Of a stretch of 14,956 nt of DNA, positions 6,588 to 14,956 are shown piece after piece. Below the pieces are notes generated by a model. The model was not told where the DNA came from and did not search any database. It saw only the letters and a list, made by a program, of their open reading frames with translations. The position numbers and the translations under genes were made by a program. Position 1 is the stretch's first letter, and the number at the start of each line of letters is the position of its first letter. Source of the DNA: a bacterium (lineage in GTDB: Bacteria; SZUA-182; DTGQ01; JAFGSM01); contig JBLIRO010000103.1 of NCBI GenBank assembly GCA_049472335.1, positions 1-14,956 on the forward strand, in the 5' to 3' direction.

Positions 6588-6654
6588 GTTGTTTTGTTTA
6601 TATTTAATACTTTTTTTAAATTTATTATTAATAATTAATAAGGGACATGATAAA

Positions 6655-6894
6655 ATGAGTAAAAAAATAATCTTAAGCATTAGTGAAACCAGAAATAAAA
6701 TAACTCAACTAGATAAACTGATTGGGCCTGGAGATGTTTTAGAAGTTACTAAAAAAGGGAAACCATATGCAATAATCAGGTTAATTCAAGATGAGGACCT
6801 TTATGAAAAAGTGTCAAGGCTTATTAATTCGCTTCCAAAAGGTCATGGAAAGCCTGAATCCATAGCTGAAAATTATAAAAAACTTCTTTATTAA
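6655..6894 (+). CDS. Phd/YefM-family antitoxin (79 aa; start revised from 6580)
   Basis: Pattern LSISETRNKITQL...GDVLEVTKKGKPYAII. SD-like AAGGGA (6640-6645) precedes the ATG at 6655. Confidence 0.8.
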   Translation: MSKKIILSISETRNKITQLDKLIGPGDVLEVTKKGKPYAIIRLIQDEDLYEKVSRLINSLPKGHGKPESIAENYKKLLY

Positions 6895-7186
6895 TATCTA
6901 CACATCCTGGTTTATAATATCCGAAGCAATGACTATTCTGTTATATCACTATGGTTATTCTGAAGCGCTCACCTTTAACGAGTCATTGGACCTTTATAAG
7001 ATAGTTTATCCCGAGACAGGGAACTATTATGAAGCCCTCTCATTATTTAACAACTATGCAAAAGATAAAGGAATATCTTTTGTGGATGCATTATCCCATG
7101 TAATTATTTGTCAAAAATTAAATCGAATCCCAGCAATCTCCTTCGACAGGGATTTTAAGAGCCTGGGCCTAACCACAATTTCTTAA
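6893..7186 (+). pseudogene. vapC: VapC/PIN toxin lacking its N-terminus
   Basis: The frame reads IYTSWFIISEAMTILL...DKGISFVDALS...AISFDRDFKSLG (PIN motifs 2-4). The first hhDT motif and about 35 aa are missing. An in-frame TAG lies at 6863-6865, with no ATG before 6929. Confidence 0.75.
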
Positions 7187-7269
7187 AAATCTTAAATCGG
7201 TTCAAAGGAAAATTACAATGAAAAAGCATAATAGTATCGGGTAATTTCGAAAGAATTTGCCTGCTGTTG

Positions 7270-10200
7270 TTAACTATCAGGCTCAACCGTCAGCTCACAC
7301 TGATCCTCGACCCCTTTAAACAGTATCCAAAATCCTTTGCCGGATTCCATATTCTCTGAGTCAAGAAGAACACGTCTATACCCGGCTCCCCTTTCAAACC
7401 TGTAAATGACACCTATTTCACAATCATATGCAGTGGGCCGTGCCCCGGATGCGGATGTGCATCCGCCTATCATCTCCCATCCGGAGCTATATACCGTTTT
7501 GTTATAATATGGGATTGGCTGGCCGGTTAGCACATAATTTTGATCCTCATATACGAGTATCCAGTATCCGGTCCCAACCTGAAGCTCTTCGTTTGCCTGC
7601 ACACGCACATACCCGGCTCCCCTTTCAAATCTGTACATGACAGCGGCTTCCGGAAATAGTTCAGATAGTTTCGCATCAGGTGTAATGACAGGAAGAGATA
7701 TCATGCTCCAGCCCGCTGAGAGGTCCATTTCAAAATCTTCGTCCGCAGACGGTTCGATGCCCTCTGCCTCAAGATATACCTCGTAACCGGGATGGTTCGG
7801 GTCCGTTGAAACTATCCTTAATATATCGTTTATCATCCCTGTTTCCAGGGGATTTGCTCCGATGGAAAGGGAAAAAGACTCTCCGGGTCCCAGATTGATG
7901 GGCATAATTATTGGTGAGTCCGGGGCCCGGAATGGAGATTCCATACCCTGAGAAAGCTCGAAAGATGATATCTCCAGGAGGGTTCCTCCGGTATTGGTCA
8001 GGGTTATTGTTTTCACGCCCCATGTATCAATTTCTATGTCTCCGAAGGAGATGCTCGAAGGTTGCACCTCGATCCTGGGGATCAATGCCTCGGGCTCACC
8101 GAATATCATGGAAAGTGAGTAAGTCCCCATAGTGTCACCTTCTGCTGGCTGTAAAGGATCGAGGTTACCTGTGGAGGTCACGGCCAGATAATATGTGCCC
8201 TCCTGATAAGGCAAATTGAGCGACCTTATGGATGCGACCCCGTTTTCATCTGCTATTTCCTGCGCAAGCACTGTATCCATATCAGGGGCGTAGACGGTAA
8301 TCACGGGCATCAGGCCACCATTGGCAGGGTTTCCGAAAACATCGGCGTAAAGAACTTGTCCCGGAGACGGGGTAAACCGAAAAAAGTCCACATCAGGACC
8401 ATATTTCGTTTCCGGTGAGATCATAGATTCCAGAAAAACGGGCTGTTCAGGATTCGCTTCAATATTCCTGGCCTGGATGATGAAGTCTCCCCAGTCAATG
8501 CTGGATAAATCTCCCAAAACAACTGTATATACGTTTGAAGGCAGATGATCGAGAAAATCCCGCCAATGGGTGCCGTGTAGGTCGGATGTATCCACGAAGG
8601 TGTATGTGTTCCCGTTATAGCCCGGATGGATCTTGGTGTTGTTTTCCGGCAGGTTGATCGTTATTCCTGTGCCGTATCCCTTCTGATGGACCACGACCTT
8701 GTTGACCTGAGAGATCACATTCTGTGCCCTGCTTCTGAAGGAGCTTGGTATATTTGTATTGTTCACGATGTTTTGCATATATTGCTTGAGGTCCAGGTAT
8801 GAATTCCATGCAAATGCATCCACACCGCTTCTCGCATCTCTGAGCATGACCCAGTGTGCTTGAGTCGCGTTTTCAAGGGCTGTTGTAGCAAAAATATCAA
8901 TAAGCTGATTCAATTTTCCCACTTCATTCATGTTGATGACGGAAACGCAACCCTTTTTTGATGAAGACATTCCGGTGTCATGATGATCTTCCATAAACAG
9001 CCGCTGGGCCAGTTGCGCAGGAGTAGCATTATAATTGGTTTGCAGCCATTTCAGGGACTTGTCCAGGTTTATCAGGCCGGCTCCCCTTTCGGACTGGGAT
9101 GCCATCACATACTCCACCTCACCTATCATCTCGGTTGCCACTTCCACATCCTGCATCAGGCAGGCATCCAGAACAACGATATCGATATGGGGAACTGCGT
9201 CAAACGCAGCCTTCAGTTCGGACATAGTGATTCCGCCGTCATTTGAGGTGTCGTCCTCGGCAATGCCTCCCATTGAACCGTGATCATATATTACAATTGC
9301 ATAGTGCTGAGCCGGGGCCACCTCCATCATTTTCAAAATAAAGGATGCCAACGTCTTCCCATCAGCCACATTGAGTTCCGGGTGATTGGGATCAAACGGT
9401 GTCATATCCGTGGCAAAGCTTTCCCGAATTCCGTCATAGATAACAGGACCCCATCGCGTGTCAGACCATGCCGTACCATCGGACGGCACCTTGTCCCCGG
9501 AATATCCGCCTTTATAGCCGGATGGATTGTTGGGATGACGATCCACAAGTGCCACCAGATTGATGGGCACTCCTGCCTGGTTCACCTCCTCCATCTGGTC
9601 GAGGCTGTCCAGGGCCTGCCACTCCCTGTTGCAATCACCATCCAGGTAAGCCATGACTGTCCAGGTGTCCGTGGTTACCCTGAAGGGTGAAGACTTATAA
9701 TTATTGTTTTCGTTCTCTTCATCTTCGTTATCATATACATCCACAAGGACCCCGATGTAATGATAAATGCTGCTCTGCGCTATGCCTGTGGGTATGCTCA
9801 TTCCCTGATCGAAGGGTATGTCCACAAAGGCGCCTGAGGGGAGTGAGGCAAGATATACCATACCCTTTGAAAGAAGCAGGTCGCTGCTGGTAATGATTGA
9901 GTCCGTGGAAAGGTAAATACCCAGATTGTAGCTATGGCCCCCGTCACCCTGCCCTTTGTTTCCCACCCTCACCTTGATATTATTTATCATTGATTGGCCC
10001 GGTGCGGCTGAGTAGAGTTTCGAGCTGAATGATTCTATATAAAGGTCTGCGGCCTTAATGCCGATGACATTCGATTTATAGTTGTCGCTTTCGAAGGTTT
10101 CTGTTACCTGTTCCGTGTCATCTATGAGGACACCGATATAATAGCTGCCCGGGGGAATACCCGTTGGAATGCTTACGGACGAATCAAAAGGGATCTGAAC

Positions 10201-13200
10201 AGTGGCGCCGGGTAATAATGAATAGACAGTCTTGCGGCCACCAGCAAGCAATTGATTCACTGGCCAGGGAGGAGGCTGGAGGATCTGTAAAAGATAGACA
10301 CCCACTGAAAATTGTCCAGCGTTCGTTTGCCCGTTATTTCCAATTTTCAAGCTGATAGAGCTGCCTATCGCTTGTCCCGTACTGGCGGAACTTGGGCCTT
10401 TAAAGGATATAACATACAGATTTGCCTGTCCGCTCGTCGCGCCTACTTTTATGGGAATAGCTGCAGAATTGTTTTCTTCCTCTTTTTCACGGATATCCCC
10501 GTAATTATCCAACAGTGCCCCAATATAATATGGCCCTTCGGAGATATTTGCGGGTATCCTTATCATCCAATCAGACAAATTTACATCCATGGAAGAACCG
10601 GCATCCAGGCCGCTTACACTTTGCTGGCCGTCTGTCAGCAGGATATCATCAGGGCTGATGACCGGATCTTCGGATAGATATATCCCTATGGAGAGTTCTT
10701 TTGAATCCGAGGTCCCGATATTTTCGATATGAAGGCTTAACCCTTCGGTCAAAACCTGATTCGGGTCTACCGTGTCCGGCATCTCGAACTCCAGGACCGA
10801 AAGGTCCAGATCAGATTCCTGATATTCGATAATCTCATTGGCCATAACGGCGATCCTTGCAAAATAGCTAAGCTGGAGGGTTATCTCGTTATGGAATGTG
10901 TCCACAACATAGTTGTTTGCCGGGATCCAATGTCCAACCAAGGTTGAATAATAAAAAGGAATCAACTGGTATTCCGATATTCCAAGCTGGGCCAGATCCT
11001 GGTCCGGCGGGTAGTGAAAGATCATAACAACATTCTTATAAAACTGTGTGATCTCCTGCCCGTTTTCATCAACAGCCCATATCTCATAAGCAGTGCCGAT
11101 CAACCTTTTGCCTTCCTGAGGAGGAACTTCCTTTGTCGGAAATATATAAAGGGTGACTGTTTGAGAATGGACGGAGTTTACCAATGCCCCCGGAGGTATC
11201 TTTATTTCCACACCGTCGGGCAGGATAATGGTTTGCATCTGAGTTCCGTCAAAGCTCACGATGAACGGTTGAGGAAGCGGCCAGGGACCTCCGAGAACAA
11301 GGTCTTTTTTGGCAAGGCCCGTGGTCGGCAAAACAGGGACAGGCACCTCGGGACTCTCATAAAAGTAGCCGTTCTCCTGGTCTTCATAAATTGCACCCAC
11401 GTACCAGACAACATTTTTGATAACCGGTAATACATATTCGAACGTTTTTGGGTACATCTCCGAAATAATTGCCTCCGTTTCCGTCCGCTCCCCCGATTCG
11501 GTCCGGCCCCAGACATAGGCAGGGTGTGTCGGGTTCACAACGATATCGGGAGCGAAGGTTATCTTGCCCGATATTTCACCATCCAATACCCTAAAGAGTA
11601 ATTCCAGGTCCGTTACAGGGCTGCCTGCTGAAACGGTCACCTCAGCAATTGGGGGCGGGTTCAGCCATCCTCTTTCCTTAAGCTCTTCAGGTGGCAGAGT
11701 CGCTCTTACGATATAATTCCCTTCAGGAACAACAAGCTCAAAATTGCCTGCTGGATCGCTCTCCACAGATGTCTCAAAATAACCTGTGAAGGGGGATTCC
11801 CCCTCGACAAGTACAAATGCCTGTACCGGCATAATGCCTTCGGGACCCGTCACCTTTCCGCTAATATATGAATTTATGGGCAGTAAATAAAAATCACGCC
11901 GGAGAACCTGTTCCGGCTCAATGGTCAGATGGATCACAGGATTTTCAACCACATAGCCGCTGTCCGGGCTCAAACTTAAATGAAGATGCCAGTTGCCTGA
12001 AACAACACCCAACGAATAACCGGCAATCTCCGGATTTGTCATTGTGCTGACCCAGTGCCCGTGATCATCCTCGCCGTACAGCTCAGCCTGGATAGGACCC
12101 GCAAGGGGTTCCCCGGTAGAAGCATCTTTCAATTGTCCCTCGATCACCGCGTCTTTAGGCATCAATGGTATCTGGACGTTTATAATTCCACCCTCCGGCA
12201 CAAGGATTGGGCCTGTGCTGCCTGATACATAAGGTTCATAAAAAGGCAGTTCCAGGCTGATATTATATTTCTTGTTTCCCTGGACCTTGATCTCAAAGCC
12301 ACATTCTCTAAATGGGGCACTTGAAAAGAAGCCGGCCTCTTCAGGTGATATGATCTGTTCAGCCCTGGCTTCGCCTTCCACCTCGCAAACCGGCTCCCCT
12401 GTTTTCGCGTCTATGGCTGTTCCCGTGACGCGGGCTTCGGCGCTTGTCAAAACGAAGTCTATATGTTCCATCGTTCCGCCGGGTGCAACGCTTATAAATG
12501 ATGCAGGTCCCCTCATTACATAGGGTAATTCGGGACCAGGCCGTGGTTCCACAAGCCATTCTCCGCCTATGACCTGTATTGAATAATCACCATTTGAATT
12601 AGTCTCCGCGAAGCCATCGCCAAAACCTTCCGGCTGCCATGTCGCAACAAATACCCCCGGAATACCATCACCTGACTCATCAGAGACCCGGCCTTTGATA
12701 GATGCATCTTTTAGCAAAAGGGCAATATCACCCATATCTAAAGTTTCGCCCGGGCTTACATCCACAGGCCAGAGCCTTGGCCCCTGTGCCTCTGGGTGCT
12801 CAATATGAACAATCATTTCATATCTTCCATCCGGGACAGGGAGAATGAATCCGTATTCCGGATTGAGCTCTGTACTGTTTCCTATCTCATCATTGCGTAT
12901 CTCGATCCGAATAGCATGATATGAAGGCTCATTCTCGCAAGGTTGGCCGCCTGGGCAGACAATCCGGCCTATAACTTCGGCATTGGTCGGGACTACTTCC
13001 AGGTTGATTTCTTTTGGTTCGGGTTCGGGATTCAGCTCAAAATAAACAAAGACAGGAGGCCCCGGAAAGATCCAGGCTGCCGGGGAAAAAAGCGGCTCTA
13101 CCGCAAGGTGCCATTCACCCCCTGTAAGACTCAGTTCAAAATTACCTTCCGAATCTGTGGGGGTATCCGCTGACCTTGGTTCATCCAGACGTTCTGCCCA

Positions 13201-14181
13201 TACTATTGCATCGGACACCCCGTTGTCTGTCCCTTGAAATATAACCCTGCCGATCACCCTCTTGTTGGCAAAGGGAAGTGTAATCACCCCAACTTCCACC
13301 AGTGAATCGGATGTGGCAATATTGACAATGATAGACTCGCTTTCAATCAAGCCCTCAATGCCCCAGGGAGGCCTGGCATGAAGTTGAAACTCACCGGCAG
13401 GCAAGCCCCGGAAGACAAAGTCTCCGGATTCGTCCGCATTGATTTCCATCCAATAGTCCTCGCGATTAACGATAACACGGGCCTTCGGTACTCTACCCCC
13501 CTCCGGATTTTTAACAGTGCCAATGATATTAATAGGGACTATTCGCATTTCCAGTACCTTCCCGGTTTCGATAGGGGTGGCTGTATATTCAATGGGTAAT
13601 TGAACATAATCAGTCCCGGGTGGCTCAAATACTTCAAGTATATAAGTTACACCAATCTCCACGCCACCTATCTTGAAATTTCCATTGATGTCCGTGACAG
13701 CCCATCGTTCTATGGTCCATTCTTCATCATGGGCTACAACAGAAGCGCCTTCGATAGGGTTTCCTGTATCGGAGTCCTGCACCCTGCCGCTAATCCGGGT
13801 GTATGTTAAATATATTGGTGTAATTATGAACTCTGTAAACTCACCGGAAATCACCTCCACCTCCACAGGGACTGACGTGGAATATTCGGAGTCTTCCGGC
13901 GGATAAGCAGTAAGGATATAATTTTCAGGAGGAAGATTGGAAATGGAAAAGAATCCATTCGAATCCGTGTCCGTGCCCATCCATGGCTCCCCTTCCACAT
14001 TTTTGATCTCGACCCAGCCATATTGAATTGGCATAGATCCATCCGGGTCCTTTAAGAAACCCCGGACACCACCAGGGACCTCTGCAAAAACCGAAGTCGT
14101 TGTGGTTATGATTATTATTAAGATTAAAAAAACTATGATCTGATAAGATAAACGAAAAAGAAAAAAGGGCGGGCGTTTCAT
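7270..14181 (-). CDS. 2303-aa secreted modular protein: carboxypeptidase-regulatory-like beta-sandwich repeats, ZU5-like segment, three CARDB domains, clostripain (C11) peptidase, PPC-like, ASH/Ig-like and a duplicated C-terminal module
   Basis: Signal peptide ending VFA. Repeated ISGRV.D...G.PI.GA.V and TD.NG.F units. Three CARDB-type units (DL.V...V.N.G...YYIGVL.D...E..E.DN). C11 motifs TWTVMAYLDGDCN, IYDHG (H1634), LDACLM (C1674) and YVMASQ. Also DVDFFRF, FGDI...ITLTNTGG.LLEI and LSAGWSMISLPV. SD AGGAG. Confidence 0.88.
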   Translation of the reverse strand: MKRPPFFLFRLSYQIIVFLILIIIITTTTSVFAEVPGGVRGFLKDPDGSMPIQYGWVEIKNVEGEPWMGTDTDSNGFFSISNLPPENYILTAYPPEDSEYSTSVPVEVEVISGEFTEFIITPIYLTYTRISGRVQDSDTGNPIEGASVVAHDEEWTIERWAVTDINGNFKIGGVEIGVTYILEVFEPPGTDYVQLPIEYTATPIETGKVLEMRIVPINIIGTVKNPEGGRVPKARVIVNREDYWMEINADESGDFVFRGLPAGEFQLHARPPWGIEGLIESESIIVNIATSDSLVEVGVITLPFANKRVIGRVIFQGTDNGVSDAIVWAERLDEPRSADTPTDSEGNFELSLTGGEWHLAVEPLFSPAAWIFPGPPVFVYFELNPEPEPKEINLEVVPTNAEVIGRIVCPGGQPCENEPSYHAIRIEIRNDEIGNSTELNPEYGFILPVPDGRYEMIVHIEHPEAQGPRLWPVDVSPGETLDMGDIALLLKDASIKGRVSDESGDGIPGVFVATWQPEGFGDGFAETNSNGDYSIQVIGGEWLVEPRPGPELPYVMRGPASFISVAPGGTMEHIDFVLTSAEARVTGTAIDAKTGEPVCEVEGEARAEQIISPEEAGFFSSAPFRECGFEIKVQGNKKYNISLELPFYEPYVSGSTGPILVPEGGIINVQIPLMPKDAVIEGQLKDASTGEPLAGPIQAELYGEDDHGHWVSTMTNPEIAGYSLGVVSGNWHLHLSLSPDSGYVVENPVIHLTIEPEQVLRRDFYLLPINSYISGKVTGPEGIMPVQAFVLVEGESPFTGYFETSVESDPAGNFELVVPEGNYIVRATLPPEELKERGWLNPPPIAEVTVSAGSPVTDLELLFRVLDGEISGKITFAPDIVVNPTHPAYVWGRTESGERTETEAIISEMYPKTFEYVLPVIKNVVWYVGAIYEDQENGYFYESPEVPVPVLPTTGLAKKDLVLGGPWPLPQPFIVSFDGTQMQTIILPDGVEIKIPPGALVNSVHSQTVTLYIFPTKEVPPQEGKRLIGTAYEIWAVDENGQEITQFYKNVVMIFHYPPDQDLAQLGISEYQLIPFYYSTLVGHWIPANNYVVDTFHNEITLQLSYFARIAVMANEIIEYQESDLDLSVLEFEMPDTVDPNQVLTEGLSLHIENIGTSDSKELSIGIYLSEDPVISPDDILLTDGQQSVSGLDAGSSMDVNLSDWMIRIPANISEGPYYIGALLDNYGDIREKEEENNSAAIPIKVGATSGQANLYVISFKGPSSASTGQAIGSSISLKIGNNGQTNAGQFSVGVYLLQILQPPPWPVNQLLAGGRKTVYSLLPGATVQIPFDSSVSIPTGIPPGSYYIGVLIDDTEQVTETFESDNYKSNVIGIKAADLYIESFSSKLYSAAPGQSMINNIKVRVGNKGQGDGGHSYNLGIYLSTDSIITSSDLLLSKGMVYLASLPSGAFVDIPFDQGMSIPTGIAQSSIYHYIGVLVDVYDNEDEENENNNYKSSPFRVTTDTWTVMAYLDGDCNREWQALDSLDQMEEVNQAGVPINLVALVDRHPNNPSGYKGGYSGDKVPSDGTAWSDTRWGPVIYDGIRESFATDMTPFDPNHPELNVADGKTLASFILKMMEVAPAQHYAIVIYDHGSMGGIAEDDTSNDGGITMSELKAAFDAVPHIDIVVLDACLMQDVEVATEMIGEVEYVMASQSERGAGLINLDKSLKWLQTNYNATPAQLAQRLFMEDHHDTGMSSSKKGCVSVINMNEVGKLNQLIDIFATTALENATQAHWVMLRDARSGVDAFAWNSYLDLKQYMQNIVNNTNIPSSFRSRAQNVISQVNKVVVHQKGYGTGITINLPENNTKIHPGYNGNTYTFVDTSDLHGTHWRDFLDHLPSNVYTVVLGDLSSIDWGDFIIQARNIEANPEQPVFLESMISPETKYGPDVDFFRFTPSPGQVLYADVFGNPANGGLMPVITVYAPDMDTVLAQEIADENGVASIRSLNLPYQEGTYYLAVTSTGNLDPLQPAEGDTMGTYSLSMIFGEPEALIPRIEVQPSSISFGDIEIDTWGVKTITLTNTGGTLLEISSFELSQGMESPFRAPDSPIIMPINLGPGESFSLSIGANPLETGMINDILRIVSTDPNHPGYEVYLEAEGIEPSADEDFEMDLSAGWSMISLPVITPDAKLSELFPEAAVMYRFERGAGYVRVQANEELQVGTGYWILVYEDQNYVLTGQPIPYYNKTVYSSGWEMIGGCTSASGARPTAYDCEIGVIYRFERGAGYRRVLLDSENMESGKGFWILFKGVEDQCELTVEPDS

Positions 14182-14256
14182 GCTGGGTACTCCTTTCTTC
14201 GAATTCCTTGGAAATGAACTATCTGTGAAGAAGGGATAAAATAAGCTTATGATTTA

Positions 14257-14286
14257 ATTTTAACAAGCTATAGGTGGTTTTTGCAA
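14257..14286 (-). promoter_or_regulatory. Candidate sigma70 promoter for the giant protease gene
   Basis: Minus strand reads TTGCAA (14286-14281), 18-nt spacer, TAAAAT (14262-14257), with an extended -10 TG. Confidence 0.45.
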
Positions 14287-14334
14287 ATTTTATTTGTTTA
14301 AAAAATCTTATTCGAGACGTATGTTCCCTCGGCA

Positions 14335-14376
14335 AAATAAAAAGAGGCCCGGATTTAGAAAAATCCGGGCCTCTTT
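14335..14376 (-). terminator. Rho-independent terminator, 16-bp perfect stem
   Basis: AAAGAGGCCCGGATTT (14341-14356), 4-nt loop, AAATCCGGGCCTCTTT (14361-14376). On the minus strand the stem ends in TTTTTATTTT. Confidence 0.85.
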
Positions 14377-14579
14377 GATCTTAACGATATGATTGTTTAA
14401 TATTGACTGTTTTGTAAAAAGCAATCATGATGCAAAAAAAACACTAATATATTTTTAAAATTTATAATCAATTTATAATATAAATATAAAGCGAATTTTT
14501 CTTGACATTCAGACTTTGTACGAGTTTGTCAACATTAATATCTCAAATTATCCATTTTCCTTCTATTAGTACAATAATA

Positions 14580-14956
14580 CTAGATTGCAAGGCCGCCATA
14601 AAGCCCGTAGAGGCCCCCCAGGCTACCTAGGGTGCCCAGTATGCCTGGACTGTAGCTATAAGAGGTATATGTTCCCATAAGAGGATTTGCTGAGTTATAT
14701 GAAAAATTACCAAAGGGGTCAGCATAAGTGTTGGTAAGACCTCCGAGGCCATACATTCCATAGCCGCCAAGTCCATAACCGCCATACAGTCCTCCGAGGC
14801 CATACATTCCATAGCCACCAAGTCCATAACTGCCATACATTCCATAGCCACCAAGTCCATAACTGCCATACATTCCATAGCCGCCAAGTCCATAACTGCC
14901 GTACATTCCATAGCCGCCAAGTCCATAACTGCCATACATTCCATAGCCGCCAAGTC
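14580..14956 (-). CDS. C-terminal part of a Gly/Tyr-rich repeat protein (5' end outside the window)
   Basis: The frame stays open to the window edge. (GLGGYGMYGSY)n repeats, followed by a unique Gly/Tyr/Ser-rich tail ending GLYGGLAI*. Differences among the contiguous repeats are synonymous in this frame (GGC/GGT, TAT/TAC). Confidence 0.8.
   Translation of the reverse strand, partial: LGGYGMYGSYGLGGYGMYGSYGLGGYGMYGSYGLGGYGMYGSYGLGGYGMYGLGGLYGGYGLGGYGMYGLGGLTNTYADPFGNFSYNSANPLMGTYTSYSYSPGILGTLGSLGGLYGLYGGLAI
14740..14956 (-). repeat. Coding 33-bp tandem repeat (at least 4.7 contiguous copies plus one offset copy)
   Basis: Plus-strand unit CCATACATTCCATAGCC(A/G)CCAAGTCCATAACTG starts at 14800, 14833, 14866, 14899 and 14932. 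A further copy at 14749 is part of a 51-bp-period duplication (14740/14791). Confidence 0.95.

Noticed and set aside
6580..6654. Upstream TTG start for the antitoxin
   Set aside because: The extension is AT-rich promoter DNA overlapping an operator palindrome. The family motif and SD fit the ATG at 6655.
7428..14042. Numerous 60-140 aa ORFs inside the giant gene
   Set aside because: Shadow ORFs expected in a long, more GC-rich CDS, with no recognisable motifs.
14535..14555. Micro-ORF MDNLRY on the minus strand after AAGGA
   Set aside because: Six codons, SD spacing too short, no paralog; likely chance.
14627..14953. 108-aa ORF MAAMECMAVMDL...
   Set aside because: Alternative frame of the same repeat. 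The unit differences are non-synonymous here but synonymous in the Gly/Tyr frame.
14740..14956. 33-bp repeats as a CRISPR array
   Set aside because: The units are contiguous with no unique spacers, the period is a multiple of 3, variation is synonymous, and no cas genes are present.

Overview
Bacterial window, probably from an anaerobe (inferred from the octaheme cytochrome and redoxin genes), with AT-rich intergenic DNA. In order it holds: (1) two tandem-duplicated micro-ORFs missing from the ORF track (MKIKSNVKAGG-MPGGYGMPQY and MKIKSYVKAGG-ASYGGYYGQQPYY), with a conserved double-Gly leader, variable Gly/Tyr cores and a terminator, which look like RiPP or signalling-peptide precursors; (2) a DUF2283 gene behind a decayed DUF4258-like partner; (3) a 160-bp MITE-like nested palindrome with an 8-bp target duplication; (4) pyrF; (5) a redoxin/FMN-binding fusion; (6) an HAO-family octaheme cytochrome c; (7) a 70-bp duplication of a gene 3' end next to a palindrome; (8) a PilZ-like/coiled-coil gene; (9) an NYN-LOTUS gene; (10) a Phd/YefM antitoxin with a 5'-deleted VapC; (11) a 2303-aa secreted modular clostripain (C11) protease; (12) the 3' part of a Gly/Tyr-rich protein built from 33-bp repeats. 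Family assignments come from motif recognition by eye; no searches were run.
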